64,000 bases of DNA from NCBI GenBank assembly GCA_038087875.1, contig CM075987.1:23872001-23936000 (forward strand). Direction: 5' to 3'. The notes beneath the pieces were generated by a model that was not told the DNA's origin, did not search any database, and saw only the letters and a program-made list of their open reading frames with translations. Source of the stretch: Malacoraja senta (Eukaryota). How positions within the stretch are numbered: position 1 is the stretch's first letter; the number at the start of each line of letters is the position of its first letter. Shown here in pieces: positions 25,853-40,400 of the stretch. The position numbers were made by a program, and so were the translations under genes.

Positions 25853-28657
25853 TGCATTAAAGTTGTAGTCTGGATTTAACAAGGCCACTGGGTTTCATTT
25901 GCATCCTTCGAGGATCTGCTCTCTTCTCTAGGTCCTGTCTCCACCTGATCATTCAAGAAGGTTATGACAGTAGATCCACGGCCCAAAATATCAGCCAGAC
26001 ACCTGGATGTTGCCAGACAGGGTTAAATCTAAGGTGGAAGCAAGGAACTGCAGTTGTTGCTTTGCACAAAAGGACACAAAATGATGGAATATCTCAGCGG
26101 GTCAGGCAGCATCTCTGGAGAACATGGACAGGTGACATTTTGGGTCGGAACCATCCTTCAGACTGACAGGCAGACTGACCTGAAGCGTCACCTGTCCATG
26201 TTCCACAGAGATGCTGCCTGACCCGCCGAGCTACTCCAGCACTCTGTGTCCTTCAGGGTTAAACTAGAGGCTGTATTCTAAAACCGGCTACTTGACTGTG
26301 GGTGGCATCCCAACCACAATGATTCATGTTGTTCAGGAACAAATGCGTTTGGGCTTTTTGGTTGTGAGAAGATTGCTGCATCACTGTTGTCACGGCAACC
26401 GGGGATGCAGAGCCTCCTTCCATAACCAGGGAAACGGGAGGGATTGGCGATTGGATGAAATTGCCATGACAGCGCGTTTGCAATGCGCCAGTAGGCCTGC
26501 AGGTGGTGATCCACTCTGTACTCCATCATGTGCTGTTTATATTTTGCAGACTGTTGTTGAGACAGGAATATTTGTGATTTGTGAGCATTTTCTGATGTGA
26601 CAGGTATTTCTGGAGCCAGTGTGGGAAAACCTGGCCCGCATCTTACCCTGAAAGTGGCAGGTAATTTGCTGTGTTGCTGTCTGTGGTCTGGCCTCACTAT
26701 GTTTATGGTGTTTGCCGTCTGAGTACGTCCTTTACTTGTCATCTAAGTCATGGACTATGTGTTTATGTCGAGGAGGCTGATGATCTAAGCTCACTGTCAT
26801 TCCACCATGATGCCAGTTAGCTTTAAGTCGATCATTACACAAACAAGACCCGTGCAGAAACTGTGAGCAACACACAAAACTTAAAAGCCGCAGAGAGCTC
26901 AAGTGAAAGGAAGGTGGGAGTTCTTCCACATTGAAGACTATTAGCTATGTAGCACATCATGAGGGTGGCTGGTACGAGATGAGAGATTCGTGGGAGATGA
27001 TAATATTAAAAGGGAATCCGACTGATGGAGGAAGTATGTGAAGAGAAATGTTTAATGTTAGGAAAATGAGACTAAGATGGAGATTTACAGATCTACACAC
27101 CACAGCTTATCTTAGCCAGAGCCCAGTACGATTGTTTGAAAGTAAAGGAGTATGATGCACATAATAAGCTGTGTTATAATTAGTAAATCCTCCTATAACG
27201 CTGCCAGCTTGGATTATCGCTGGTTTATAAAACTTGGCCTTTTATTATCTGATCAGCAACTGACATGGAAAATCCTACCTGGTGATTTGTGCAGGGCACA
27301 ACACATCGAACAGAGAATAAAGAAACATACCTCCCACCCCATCTGCTCACCCCAACTTCACCCTTTCCCACCATAGTAACGGATAACCTGAACACCATGA
27401 GAGATGCAGCAATATCCAAATGTTTATCCCTCAATGCATTGACTCTGCCTGGGAATTAAACCTAAGACTGCAGCTGAGAATCACCTCTGCTGTTGTGGGG
27501 ACTGTGGATAGACACAAAATGCTGGAGTAACTCGGCGGGTCAGGCAGCATCTCTGGAGAAAAGGAATAGGTGAAGATTCGGGTCAATAAACAATAGACAA
27601 TAGGTGCAGGAGTAGGCCATTCGGCCCTTCGAGCCAGCACCGCCATTCAATGTGATCATGGCTGATCATCCCCAATCAGTACGAAATCCGTCTTCGGACC
27701 CTTGGACTGGGACTGGGGATCAGACTGATTGACCTGGTTGGAAGTGGGATTGATTATGGATGGGAATGCTAACCAAGGCTGGCAAAGGGTGAACTGTGGC
27801 TGTTATTGTGATTGTTTGCAGTAGGAAGTAGAATTAATTAAACACAGTTGGGAATGGGATTATATTTGGGAATGGAACAATTAAGACTGTAAATGAAATC
27901 AACTGAGTGGCAAGGGGCTTGATTGATGATGGGCATAAACTGGACTCGCACTGGGAATAGGAATGGCCATGCCAGGGATTGACTATGGCTGGGAATGGGA
28001 TTATTGATTATGGCTTTAAATAGGATTGTACATGGCTGAGAATCAGATCAATCACAGCTGTGAATGAAACTGGCTGATTTTGGCTGTGTGGAGTTTGCAT
28101 GTTCTGCCTGTTTCCTCCATGTGTTCCAGTTTCTTCCCACATCCCAAAGATATGCAGGCGTGTAAGTTGCCACTAGTGTATAGGGGGTGGAAGAGTAAGT
28201 GGGCTAAAGTGAAACCGGTATGAACGGATGAACGATGGTTGGTGTGGATTCAGTGGGCAAAGGGCCGGCTCCCATGCTGTATCTCTAAACTAAACAAAAC
28301 TAAACTGAAGAGCAGACAAAATGTGTAGGAAGGAACTGGTTTACACCAAAGATAGACACAAAATGCTGAAGTAACTTTGTGTGTCAGGCAGCATCACTGA
28401 AGAGAAATCGGTGACGTTTCAGGTTGGAACCCTTCTTCAGTTTCAAGAATCTAAAGAAGGGTTCCGACCAGAAACAACACCTATTCCACTTCTCCGGAGA
28501 TGCTGCATGACCCGCTGAGTTACTCCAGCATATTGTGTCTATTAACTGATGAACAGATGGTTTTAGTTTAATATTCTTTGATATCTCTTATGACTAAAGG
28601 TCTCCCAATCTCACTTTGGTTCCTGTATTTCCTGCTCATTCCTTTTCAGGTTGTTAA

Positions 28658-28786
<129 letters not shown>

Positions 28787-30882
28787 TGAGCCATAGTACA
28801 ACCATTTGAAAGGTGTTCTTGATTCAGGGTAGATGTCATTTGAGGTTTACACTCTGATAGATGCAGAGTCTGTGCAACTGAAGCACACAGGAGAATCTGA
28901 AACTGTAGTTTTAAATTATGGTGATGGACTTCCAAATACTTATAGAGTCATGCAGCTTAGAAACAGGCCCTGCGGCCCAACTTGCCCACGCTGACCAACA
29001 TGCCCCATCTGCATTAATCCCACCAGCCTGCGTTTTGGCCCAACTTGCAGTGCTTCAGATACCCTTTGTAAACAACACCTTTTACCCATATAGCACCAAC
29101 AATACATCCCAGGGCGTTTCACAGCAGCATTGAAAAATAACAGAACTGGATGCAGCTCACAAAGACATTATCAGGATGAATGACCAAATGTTTGATTGAA
29201 GAGATAAGTTCTAAAGACAGTCTTAAAGGAGGAAAGAAAGAAGGGAATATTAAGGGGTGTAGAGAGAGCTTACCACATTTTGGGGGTTGGTTATTGAGCA
29301 GCAAGGCTGTTAAATCAAAGTGCACGCAACAGCCAGGAATCCAGCAATCTCAAAGGCTTTTGGTCAGTGGGTGCTCCAGAAGAAGGGAAAGCCAATGCCA
29401 TAACTGGATTTACTGAATGAGTCATTGGTCACAGTAGGCAATTGAGAACAGAAATTATGTGCCCCCAGAACAATGCAGATTGGGAGCAAAGGTTTGGATA
29501 AGATCGGGGTTGAAAAACAGTTGCCACAGTCTGGATGGCCGGAATGAGACTTTCAACAATGATTGAGATGGGGCAAGGTACAATAGACAATAGGTGCAGG
29601 AGTAGGCCAATTGGCCCTTCGAGCCAGCACCGCCATTCAATGTGATCATGGCTGATGTGATACAGAGGTGGGAGCGTGCATTACTTGTTACTGAGTAGAT
29701 ATTGATACAGAAGCCCATGGTCGAGTTGTAAATAACCACAAGACAGTATGGTTTAGTTCAAAATTGGGTTATGGCCATTGAGCAGCAAGGGAAAATAGTT
29801 TGAGGATTAAAATATCGGCAACAGATTTTTGAAGGAGGTCAATTTTACATTGAATGGAAACACAGGTGACTGTCCGGGAGAGCCTTAGGAACGAAGGCAC
29901 GATTGGGGCTTTTGTCTGAAGAGGGATTGTAGCAGGAATGGCAATGTTCCGGATGTGGATGTTGGCAATGTTTATGAAGGGACAATATAAGGCTGTAAGC
30001 TAAGATGTTGTAGAGGTGTGAAGTCATAGAGTGCCACAGCATGGAAAGAGGCCCTTTAGCTTAACTCGTCCACCCACCTTTCACCGCGATCCCTCGAAAC
30101 TTTTCCTATCTACGTGCCTGTCTCAAGAGCTGCCTGAGGAGGTAGTTTAGTTTAGATATACAGCGTGGAAACAGGCCCGTTGGCCCACCGAGTCCACACC
30201 GACCAGCGATCCCCGCACACTAACACCATCCTACACATACGAGGGACAATTTACATTTATACCAAACCATTTAACCTACAAACCTGTACTTCTTTGGAGT
30301 GTGGGAGGAAACCAAAGATCTCGGAGAAAACTCATGCGGTCACCGGGTACAAACTCCATACAGACAGCACCCGTAATCAGGATCGAAACCGGGTCTCTGG
30401 CACCGCAAGCGCTGTAAAGCAGCAACTTTACCGCTGCGCCACCGTGCCGCCCAGTTGAAGCAGATACTATCACAATGTTTTAAAAACATTTCGACAGGTA
30501 CATGGATAGGAGTGGTTAAGGGGAATATGGGCCAAACACAGGTAGGTGGGACTAGTGTAGATGGGACTAGTGTAGATGGGGCATGATGGTCGACGTGGGC
30601 AAGTTCGGCCAAAGGGCCTGTTTCCATGCTGTATGACTCTAAATGCTACTATATTATCTGCTTCAACTACTTCCTCTGGCAGCTTGTACTATGTACCCAC
30701 CATTGCCTGAAAATGTTGCCCCCCAGGTTGATATGAAATCTTGCCCATCTCGCCTTAAACATCTGTCCTCTTGTTTTTGATCTCCCTACCCTGGGTGAAA
30801 GACTGTGCATTCACCCTATCTACTGCAAATCAGAGGAAGCAGAAGGGTCGAGAGTGGCTGTGGTGAGATAGAACTGTGACTG

Positions 30883-31037
30883 CTTAAGAAGGAACTGTAG
30901 ATGCTGGAAAATCGAAGGTAGACAAAAATGCTGGAGAAACTCAGCGGGTGAGGCAGCATCTATGGAGCGAAGGATATTTCCTTCACTCCATAGATGCTGC
31001 CTCACCCGCAGAGTTTCTCCAGCATTTTAGTCTACCC
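30883..31037. mobile_element. Fold-back mini-Penelope
   Basis: Inverted arms; 14-bp TSD TAGAACTGTGACTG. Confidence 0.85.
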
Positions 31038-31769
31038 TAGAACTGTGACTGGTTCATATTTCTTTGGATAATTCTGCTGATGTTATATGTAAATGCTGTA
31101 ATTCTAAGTGCACCATGTAATGTTTGACCTTTTTTCACTCATGCCCTTGCGGAGAATTGCAAATATAGGGCAGACATGCCCATCGGGTGCCGACTCATTG
31201 ATGCCTAGTTGTGATGTGATTGTCGAGAGGGTTTAACGGACTGATTAGTGCTTTCCTGTTTGTTTATTTCATGTCAATAACAGGGTATTTGAATAATAAA
31301 ACACCGCCCAACACGTTGAAGGCATTCTTGCAGCATGAGTGTAGTGTATAGCTCTGGCTTCACATTTAAAGCTGAGATACATTACAACTTAGAACATATC
31401 AAAGTACAGTACAGGAACAGGCCCTTCGGCCCACAATATCTATGCCAAATATGATGCCAAGATAAACTGATCTCATCTGCCTGTACATGATCCATATCCT
31501 CCCATTCCCTGGATATCCATGTGCCTATCTAAAAGCCTCATGTATACATTGTGTTTCCAACAGCAGAACAATGATCATACTTCAAAGACATTTAATTGGC
31601 GGGGAAAGGTCCTGAGACTTTCTGCAGTTGTGAAATTGTTACATAGGTTATAAAACATAGAACAGCACAGCAGAGGAACAGGCCCTTTTGTTTGTCGTGT
31701 TTGCACCTACAATTATTCCATTCTAATACCAATCCCATCTGCCTGCAATGGTCTGTGGCCCTCTATTTT

Positions 31770-32152
31770 CTGTAGGAAGGAACTGCAGATGCTGGTTTAA
31801 ACCGAAGATAGACACAAAAGCTGGAGTAACTCTGCTGGTCAGACAGCATCTCTGGACAAAAGGAATAGGTGCCGTTTCGAGTCGAGAACAATATTCAGAC
31901 TGATAGGAATAGAGAGATATAGAATAAATAATATTGAAAGATATGCAAAAAAGTAACGAGGATTAAGGAAACAGGCCATTGTTAGCTCTGGGCTAGGTGA
32001 AAACGAGTTACAGACAACGAGACTCAACAAGACAACTTTGAAGCTTGGGTGAGGGGGGGACGGAGAGAGAGGGATGCAAGGGTTGTTTGAAGTTAGAGAA
32101 ATCAATAATCATACCACTGTTGTATGCTGACCCAAGTGAAATACGAGGTGCT
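31770..32152 (-). mobile_element. Penelope-like 3' fragment
   Basis: Terminal repeat (aggaactgcagatgctgg...) plus 3' region. Confidence 0.7.
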
Positions 32153-32777
32153 GTATGCTGTTATTTATGCCTCTTAAACATTACTATTGTATTGTTTTTA
32201 CAACCTTCCTGACAGCACATTCCAGGAACCTACTATTCTCAGGATAATAAACTTGCCTCGCAAATCTCCTTTAAACGTACTCCACCTCATCTTAAACCAA
32301 TGTCCTCTGGTATTTGACACTTTCACTCTGGGGAAAGGCTCTGCCTCCCAACCGTTCTATTCACTTGTATTCCCACTTTCAATCAGCTGTGGATTTCCTC
32401 CCTCAGGAGTTGTGGCTGATCTTCCCATCTAGACCCCCTCAATGATCCAAAGCCCCCCCCCCTCCCACCCCCAATTCACTGTATACTTTCCTCTCGTATT
32501 TGACTTCCTCCTCCTTTACTGCTTAGCCTGAAGGTGGAGAAAACGTAAGATAGACACAAAAAACTGGAGTAAAGCTGGAGAACTTTGCTTTCTTCAGACT
32601 CTTCAGTCAGGGGAAAGGGAAACGAGAGATATAGATGTGATATAGAGAGACATAGAACAAATGAATGAAAGATAGATGCAAAAAAGTAATGATGATACTT
32701 GTTCTCTTAGCTGCATCCTGTCTTTTGTAATTGCTGTCTGTAAGTTTAATATTTTGTTGTTTTTTTCTCTCTCGCAG

Positions 32778-33137
32778 TATTATTGCTGTAGCTGAGAGGA
32801 ATGGGATGGAGATGAGGAGGAGCCGGACTTTGCAGTGCATTCCCGTCTACCGGCTGCTTACTACAACCACAATGCCGGAAATGGACTTCACTTTAGTTCT
32901 GTAGCCTATCCCCAGGATCACGGCCAGTCCCGAACTCTCTGCTCCAACTGCAAGCCACTCTTCTATGTGCACCAGATAGAGAGATTCGAAAGGGGGTCGT
33001 GAAAGATGTGAGCTGCAACTCTGTGAGGGAGGAGGATTTTGAAATGCTGGCCAATCCTCAGGAACTGCCCCTGGGCAGGGCCAAGTTAGCCAGAGACATT
33101 TTTAGCAGAAGTCGAAGTATCAGCACTGACTGTGTGA
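32778..33137 (+). pseudogene. FAM163B: FAM163B terminal coding exon, disrupted (nonsense codon plus frameshifts)
   Basis: Acceptor ctctctcgcag, then YYCCS*EEWDGDEEEPDFAVHSRLP (TGA at 32793-32795). Homology switches frame near 32980 to ...VSCNSVREED...RDIFSRSRSISTD. An extra T at 33131 precedes the expected GTG TGA. Confidence 0.75.
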
Positions 33138-35032
33138 AGAGGTTTGTTACGAATGGTTTCTACCGCAGCTGCTTTCACATAACAAAATTAGACCATTAGT
33201 TTACACATTTCGTGGAAAAAATGGATGGAATGATTGAATGCAATTTCTTAAGCATCATTAAAATTTTTTCAAACCCAAACTACGAAAAAACAATTACTCT
33301 TCCTATAAAAGGAGTGGCCTGAATATTAGAAAGTGTAATTGAAACAATAGTTTATTGATGTATTTATATATTAATTTATCTTCTAATGGATGAGATCTGT
33401 ATTGTTTACATGAAAGTTTTATAACTCCTGCTTTAAATGGGCCAGATACATTGTAGTAATTTTTTTTGTATAATAATGGCTGCTAACATGATTATATATG
33501 TTCTTTAGTACGTCTGATCTAATTTTGCAAAGGAGTTAGTTAGTACACGGCTGGTAATGTATTCTGTGGCACTGATTAACATTATGTTGTTCAGGAACAT
33601 TATTGTTCAGACTCACATGAATAAACCAGAGAATTTATGAATCAAAAATAAGATTACCGCTCATCACTTTATCCGCTAGCTATATAGATTCACAAAAGCA
33701 TCCTTGTTTTCTTAGTTTATGATCTCTGTGCAAAAGGTTAAATGGAAATCAATGGGGAATCTGGAAAAATGGGCTGAAATAGTAAGAAGGGATAGTGCAA
33801 CATAAACATTTACCGGCTATTGATCTTATTGATCTCTAAATTGATCTTAGCCGTGTACAAATTCATGAGAGGAATAGATCGGGTAGACCACAGTCGCTTG
33901 CCAGAATCGAGAACCAGAGGACATAGGTTTAAGGTGAGGGGGAAAGATTTAATAGGAATCTGAGTAACTTTTTCACACAGAGGGTTTCAGTTTAGTTTAT
34001 TGTCATATGTACCAGAGGTACAGTGAAAAAAGTTGTGTGCTATCCAGGGTGGGTGTGTAATGAAACGAACAGCCAGAGGAGATGGTTGAGGCAGGTATTA
34101 TCGCAACATTTAGACAGGTAGATAGATAGGGCAGGCTTAGAGGGGTATGGACCAAAAGCAGGCAGGTGGGACTAGTGTAGATGGGACATGTTGGTTGGTG
34201 TGGGCAAGTTGGGCTGCAGGGCCTGTTTCCACACTGTATGACTGAGTAGTTTGAATATAACTAGTCAAACTAATTATTTTTACTTTTATCTTATTTACCT
34301 GTGCACATGGAACTATTTGCCCACTCAGAGTCCCTCTACACAAGTGCAAGAACCTTATTGCCATTCAACTACCTCTACAAAAGATCTAAGCTTCAGTGCC
34401 TGAAGAAGGTACAATCATTGATGATGAGTGGTTTCAGCTCGTGCTACAATGGAAGTTGAGATATTGGCAGGCACTGCAACGCGGTGTCTAGTAGCTGGAG
34501 CTTTCCACCACTTCTTTACTTCTAAGAATGTGCTCCAAGCCAAGTGAACTGTGCTCCAGGATATTTTATGCAGCATTTTTGATGGGCTTGTGAGTGCTGG
34601 TCAAGTATCTTGTGAGTGCTGATCACCCCTTGTAAATGATTCCATCAAAGTCCTCATCTCAGTTTTCAAGCAGAAATCCAGAGTGACACTGGAAATAGTA
34701 CTAGGGACAGAGAGTCATACAGTGTGGAAACAGCCCTTCGGCCCAACTGCCACACCGGCCAACATGTCCCAGCTGCCTGTGTTTGGCCCATATCCCTCTA
34801 AAACCTGTACTATCCATGGGCCTAATTGTTTCTTAAATGTTGGGATTGTCCCTGCCTCAACTACCTCTTCTGGCAACTTGTTCCATACACCCACCATCTT
34901 TTGTGTGAAAAAGTTACCCCTCAGATTCCTATTAAGTCTATTCCCCTTCACCTTAAACCTATGTCCTCTGGTCTCGATTCACCTACTCTGGGCAAGAAAC
35001 TCTGTGCATCTAGAATGGTTAGATTCCAGATA

Positions 35033-35894
35033 CTAGACCAAGTGGGACCCTTTGGGGCCTGTTCCCCAACGCAATATTCCACGCACTCACCCGTAACCCC
35101 CAACTGCGCAGGCACGGCTGATGGGTTCCCATTGTGACTCCAGAAATTCCCGTTGGGCACGAGTCACAGCAACCCTCCCACAACTGCGCCTCGCCATCCC
35201 TCTTCCTCCCCCTATCTTCCTCCATTCCTTCATCCCCCAGCACTCCTTCCCCTCCCTCTTCTTTCCCCTCTCCTCCCCCACTCCTACCTCACCCTCTCCC
35301 CTACCCTCAGTCACTCCCTCCCTCCATAACCCCTCTCCCCCCACCCCCTCCTCTCCCTCTATCTCCTCTTATACCTCTTCCCTATCCCACCCCCCATAAT
35401 GAAAATTGCAATGTTTTGTTTTTTTAAAGTGATACCTCTCCCCTATCCCAACCACCCTCCCCCCCAAGAATTTGATAAAACTGAGTTTTTTTAAATCGAT
35501 CTTTTATGTAAATGAGTATCAGGATCCCATTGTGACATCATTGTGAATGAAAACGAAGAATTGAATAAAATTGATTTTTTTTAAAATCGCGATGTTTTTA
35601 TGTAAAGTGAGATTCGGATCACATTGTAACGTCATTGTGACATCGTACGCTGCTAACGGGCCAGTGCAAGTGGAAGTGATTTTTGTCAAGTGGTTTTTGT
35701 AAAGTTTAAAATGTGAAAATATACCATCAATCTGAACGAAACGCCACAGCACACCACATGACAATGGTGAGCAAGGTGGGCCAAAAATTGTAGTGATATT
35801 GTGTACCGTTTTGACGTATTTTCGGGTCACACACACACACACACACACATATATACAAACAAGATGAGAGTTTTAGTAATATATAATATATAGA
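35033..35894 (-). mobile_element. Non-autonomous Helitron
   Basis: Minus strand reads A|TCTATATA...CTAG|T, with an imperfect GC hairpin just before CTAG, an internal (GT)n tract and no TSD. Confidence 0.7.
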
Positions 35895-37263
35895 TTATAT
35901 TATGGATACCATTAATCAGTTAAAAACAGTGATACCCGCAATAAAAAAAATGTAAATATGAGTTATCGTTATGAAATTAATTTCAAAACTCTGCCTTGTG
36001 GTCAACAAACATGTTTATTATTATTTTTCATAATGTAATAGGTTTAAATATATACAAACTGTACATAAAATATTCCAATTGTCTTTTTTTCCATTTCCCC
36101 TAACTTCAAGTAGCCAGGGTAAATACTCTGGACTGAGTTAAAACTTAAGACTTCAACAGTATATCTGATTCATAAAATGCCTCTGGGAAAAAAAGGAAAT
36201 CACTTATCATTAATAATAATAGAATTATAAAATTACAGGTTACGTTATTAAATATCATAATAAAACATGATTGCCTCAGTCAGCCTGGGTTTTTTTTGCA
36301 CATGTTTACATGATTTATAACAGAAAAAAACATTATTTTCTTTATAAACTCACATCTGCATTTATCATTAACCATCGGAAAAGTGAAACAACTGGGATTA
36401 TCTGTAACAACCGGTAACATCATCCAATGATAAATCAGGAACAAAGATATTTGTGCAATATCACGAGGAGGAAGAGGATATCATGGAGTATTTATTTTCA
36501 CATGCACTTTGTCAGCAAAATGAAGGGTCTGGTTGGTGTCTTGAGTGCTGCTAGGTCAAATGTTGTATCAAAATTTTAACATAAATACTGGCAGATACAG
36601 TATAACTAAAATACTGGGAGGTCAAGTTATTTTCAGGTAGATCAGATGATTCCAATTTCAATACTGAAGCATGATATATGTGCGCTTGGGTAAAGTCATT
36701 ATCAAAGAAAATCAAAATTCTTTGACTGATGTAATAGCTGAATTTATTAATATTTTTTACGAGATGAAGATCTTTACTGTTACAATCTATGACTGTTATA
36801 CTATACCTCACAACAGACTGTCATTGGCTGTTAAACTGTGTCCTTTCTAAAGAGAAATTGTAGGGTTTAGAGCATTTTATCTGTGGAAAGTAAGAGGACT
36901 AAATATGATTACTAATGATCATAAAACAGAGTGATTGCTGGACACTCATTTCCTATCCAATACTACTTTTTGATGGAGAGTTATAGAATATCACATTTGA
37001 GAATACTGTGAAAAGCATCAGCAGATTCACCAGTTGCTGCCACAATGCAGATATTTATTGTACTGCTTTGAAGTAAAATTCACTGATAATAGGATCTAAC
37101 AAGGTTCAGGAATGTGTCAGAAACCTAAACACTGAACTAACATGAACTCCCAAAGGCTTAATGTGGTCTCAAGTGCAGACATACAGGTAGCACCAGGACA
37201 GACAGACTAAAGCTGAGGACAGGACTGACTGAGGAAAAGGCAATGCACTGAGGCTACTACTTT

Positions 37264-37463
37264 NNNNNNNNNNNNNNNNNNNNNNNNNNNNNNNNNNNNN
37301 NNNNNNNNNNNNNNNNNNNNNNNNNNNNNNNNNNNNNNNNNNNNNNNNNNNNNNNNNNNNNNNNNNNNNNNNNNNNNNNNNNNNNNNNNNNNNNNNNNNN
37401 NNNNNNNNNNNNNNNNNNNNNNNNNNNNNNNNNNNNNNNNNNNNNNNNNNNNNNNNNNNNNNN
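37264..37463. other. Assembly gap (200 N)
   Basis: Run of N. Confidence 1.
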
Positions 37464-40400
37464 TACTCGCTGGAGTTTAGAAGAGTGAGGGGGGACCTCA
37501 TTGAAACGTACCAAATTGTGAAAGGCCTGGATGGAGTAGATTTGGAGAGGATGTTTCCACCAGTGGGAGAGTCCAGGACTAGAGGTCATAGCCTCAGAAT
37601 TAAAGGACATTCCTTTAGGGGTTATGGAGAGAAGGCAGGAGAATGGGGTTAGGAGGGAGAGAGATAGATTAGCAGTGGTTGAATGGCGGAGTAGACATGA
37701 TGGGACAAATGGCCCAATTCAGCTCCTATCACTTATGACTCTACCATATTGGGCCTTGAGAACAGTTGATGGGATTATCTCAACATCCATAATCACTGGA
37801 ATGTCTCTTTAGTTTATTGTCACGCGTACCGAGGTACAGTGAAAAGCTTTTGTTGCCAGCTATGCAGTCAGCGGAAAGACAATAATTGATTATAATCGGG
37901 CCATTTACAGTGGATAGATACATGATAAGGGAATAACGTTTAGTGCAAGGTAAAGCCAACAAAGTCCGATCAAGGATAGTCCGAGGTCACCAAAAAGGTA
38001 GATAGTAGTTCAAGACTGCTCTCTGGTTGTGGTAGGATGATTCAGTTGCCTGATAACAGCTGGGAAGAAACTGTCCCTGAATCTGGAGGTGTGCGTTTTC
38101 ACACTTCTGTGTCTTTTGCCCGATGGGAGAGGGGAGAAGAGGGAGTGGCCGGGGAAGTGGAAGTGTTTTTGACAACTGACGTGCCTGCTGAAGAGCAAGT
38201 GGTCAGTGGGATTCAGACCACCCTCTGCTCAAAGTTCAAGTTGGAGATCCAAGGGCATTGTTAGTTCAACTCACGGAAGCTGGTGTGTCTGGGCCTGAGA
38301 TGGGAGGACAGGTGGCAAGACCTGGGGCCTGGGAGCGACCAGCATGGAGGCCAGAGGTCACGGACATTGGATTAGCCCCGTTCACTGTTCTCTGACATAT
38401 GATGAAAGAATGGACCGACAAGGCTTGTATTCACTGGAATTTAGAAGGATGAGAGGATATCTTATAGAAACATATAACATTCTTAAGGGATTGGACAGGC
38501 TAGGTGCAGGAAAAAAGTTCCTGATGTTGGGGGAGTCCAGAACCAGGGGTCACAGTGTAAGAATAAAGGGTCGGCCATTTAGGACTGAAATGAGGAAAAA
38601 CTTTTACACCCAGAGAGTTGTGAATCTGTGGAATTTTCTGCCACAGAAGGCAGTGGAGGCCAATCCACTGGATGTTTTCAAGAGAGAGTTATTGAATTGA
38701 ATTGAATTGAATTTATTTGTCATCCAAAAAAAATGTGAACGAAATGTTGTTACCATACAGTGTTTGCCTCTCCCTTGCTTCTTCTCCCGCGGTCAGGCAG
38801 TCAAACTGCTAGGTTAAGGTGATCGAGGCTCCCGATATTGAAGCCCCCACCGGGTGATGGAAGATTCGGCGGCCAAGCCGCGCCGGACGACGAAAGGCCC
38901 TGCGAACGGGCTGATTCATGCCTTGCGATTTGTGGCGGAAGAAGCTGCCGTGGCTGGAGCTCCCGAAAAGTCGGTCTTAGAGCTAAAGCTCTCAGGGCTA
39001 ATGGAATCAAGGGATATGGGAAAAAGCAGGAACGGGGTACTGATTTTGGATGATCAGCCATGATCATATTGAATGACGGTGCTGGCTCGAAGGGCCAAAT
39101 GGCCTACTCCTGCACCCATTTGCTACATTTCTATGTTTCCAGGCCAGATACTGTGCAATCCATCAGTTTCTATCACAGTTTAGGTAGGGCTTTCACTAGC
39201 ATTCATCAGCTTGGCCTCAGTGATTACACTTGTCAAACCAGCTTTTTTTAATCTTGTTTGAGGACGCATTGGGCCAAGGAGGTCCGTTGGTTAGTTATGT
39301 AGCACCATCGGTGGGCATTCAACATTGTCAGCCAAATGGTTGCTGCTGGCTGCAAATAATACCCCTGCAACCTCTCTGATCTCCCTCCACAATCCGCGAT
39401 CTTCCTCTGCCCAGTGCATCGACTGTCTACGCCCGCTGTTCTGCTGTGGGGCCCATCCCTGGAGATGCGCCACATTTTGGGGGAGTTCTCCGCATGACTT
39501 AATCAGCATGGGTGCCAGGGAGTTCAGGATTATTGTGAACACATGCTTGGTTCCCAAACTTGCTGACATTTGAGGTGATGCTTTGCCAGACAGACTGTAC
39601 TCTGAAACTGGCCTCCAATGTAAGAGTGCAAGTTTGCGGCGATTCCTAAACTCTAACAATTTACTGATGGAGTACCAATTCCCGTGGAGCGAGCTGCTGT
39701 GTCAGATTCAATTAAAAGTGATTACTTTGATTTTTTTTTTTAGTTTCTTTGAACGCTTGTCGACCTTTAGGCCCCTTTACTTGGTCTGGTAATTTTCGTA
39801 ATCAAGTGTTTACAGATTATCTTTAAATTCCCACTCCATTTATCCTTATTGAAATGTTTTTAGCAGCATAGAACGCAGCACAGGAACAGGCCCTTCGGCC
39901 CACATTGTCTGTGTCGAAGATGACGGCAGGTTAAACGAATCCCCTCCGCCTGCACATGGTGTACATGCCTCCATCCCTCGCATATCCATGCACCCATCTA
40001 AACGCCTCTTAAACTACTATAGTACCTACCATCCCTGGCAGTGTGTTGCAGGCAACTATTATGAATTGTCTTAGTGCCACCTATTATGAAGTAATTGTTT
40101 ACAATCTCTCTTATTTTTCTCTTTCCAACTATTAATTCCTTGTGACATCCTCTAAAGTATCTGTATCTTGGTCGGATTGGATGTGCGGAGCTGAAAGGCC
40201 TGTTTCCAAGCTATGTCTATCGATGAATCTAAACAAAGATCTCCTTTTTACAGTGGCGCGGCGGTTCACAGCGCCAGAGACCCGGGTTTGATCCTGACTA
40301 CGGGTGCTGCCTGTACGGAGTTTGTACGTTCTCCCCGTGACTTGCGTGGGTTTTCTCCAAGACCTTTTGGTTTCCTCCCCCACTCTAAAGACGCGCAGGT

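Noticed and set aside
32793..32795. In-frame TGA after CCS in FAM163B read as selenocysteine or readthrough
   Set aside because: Downstream frameshifts also break the frame, the aligned human residue is Lys rather than Cys, and I recognised no SECIS
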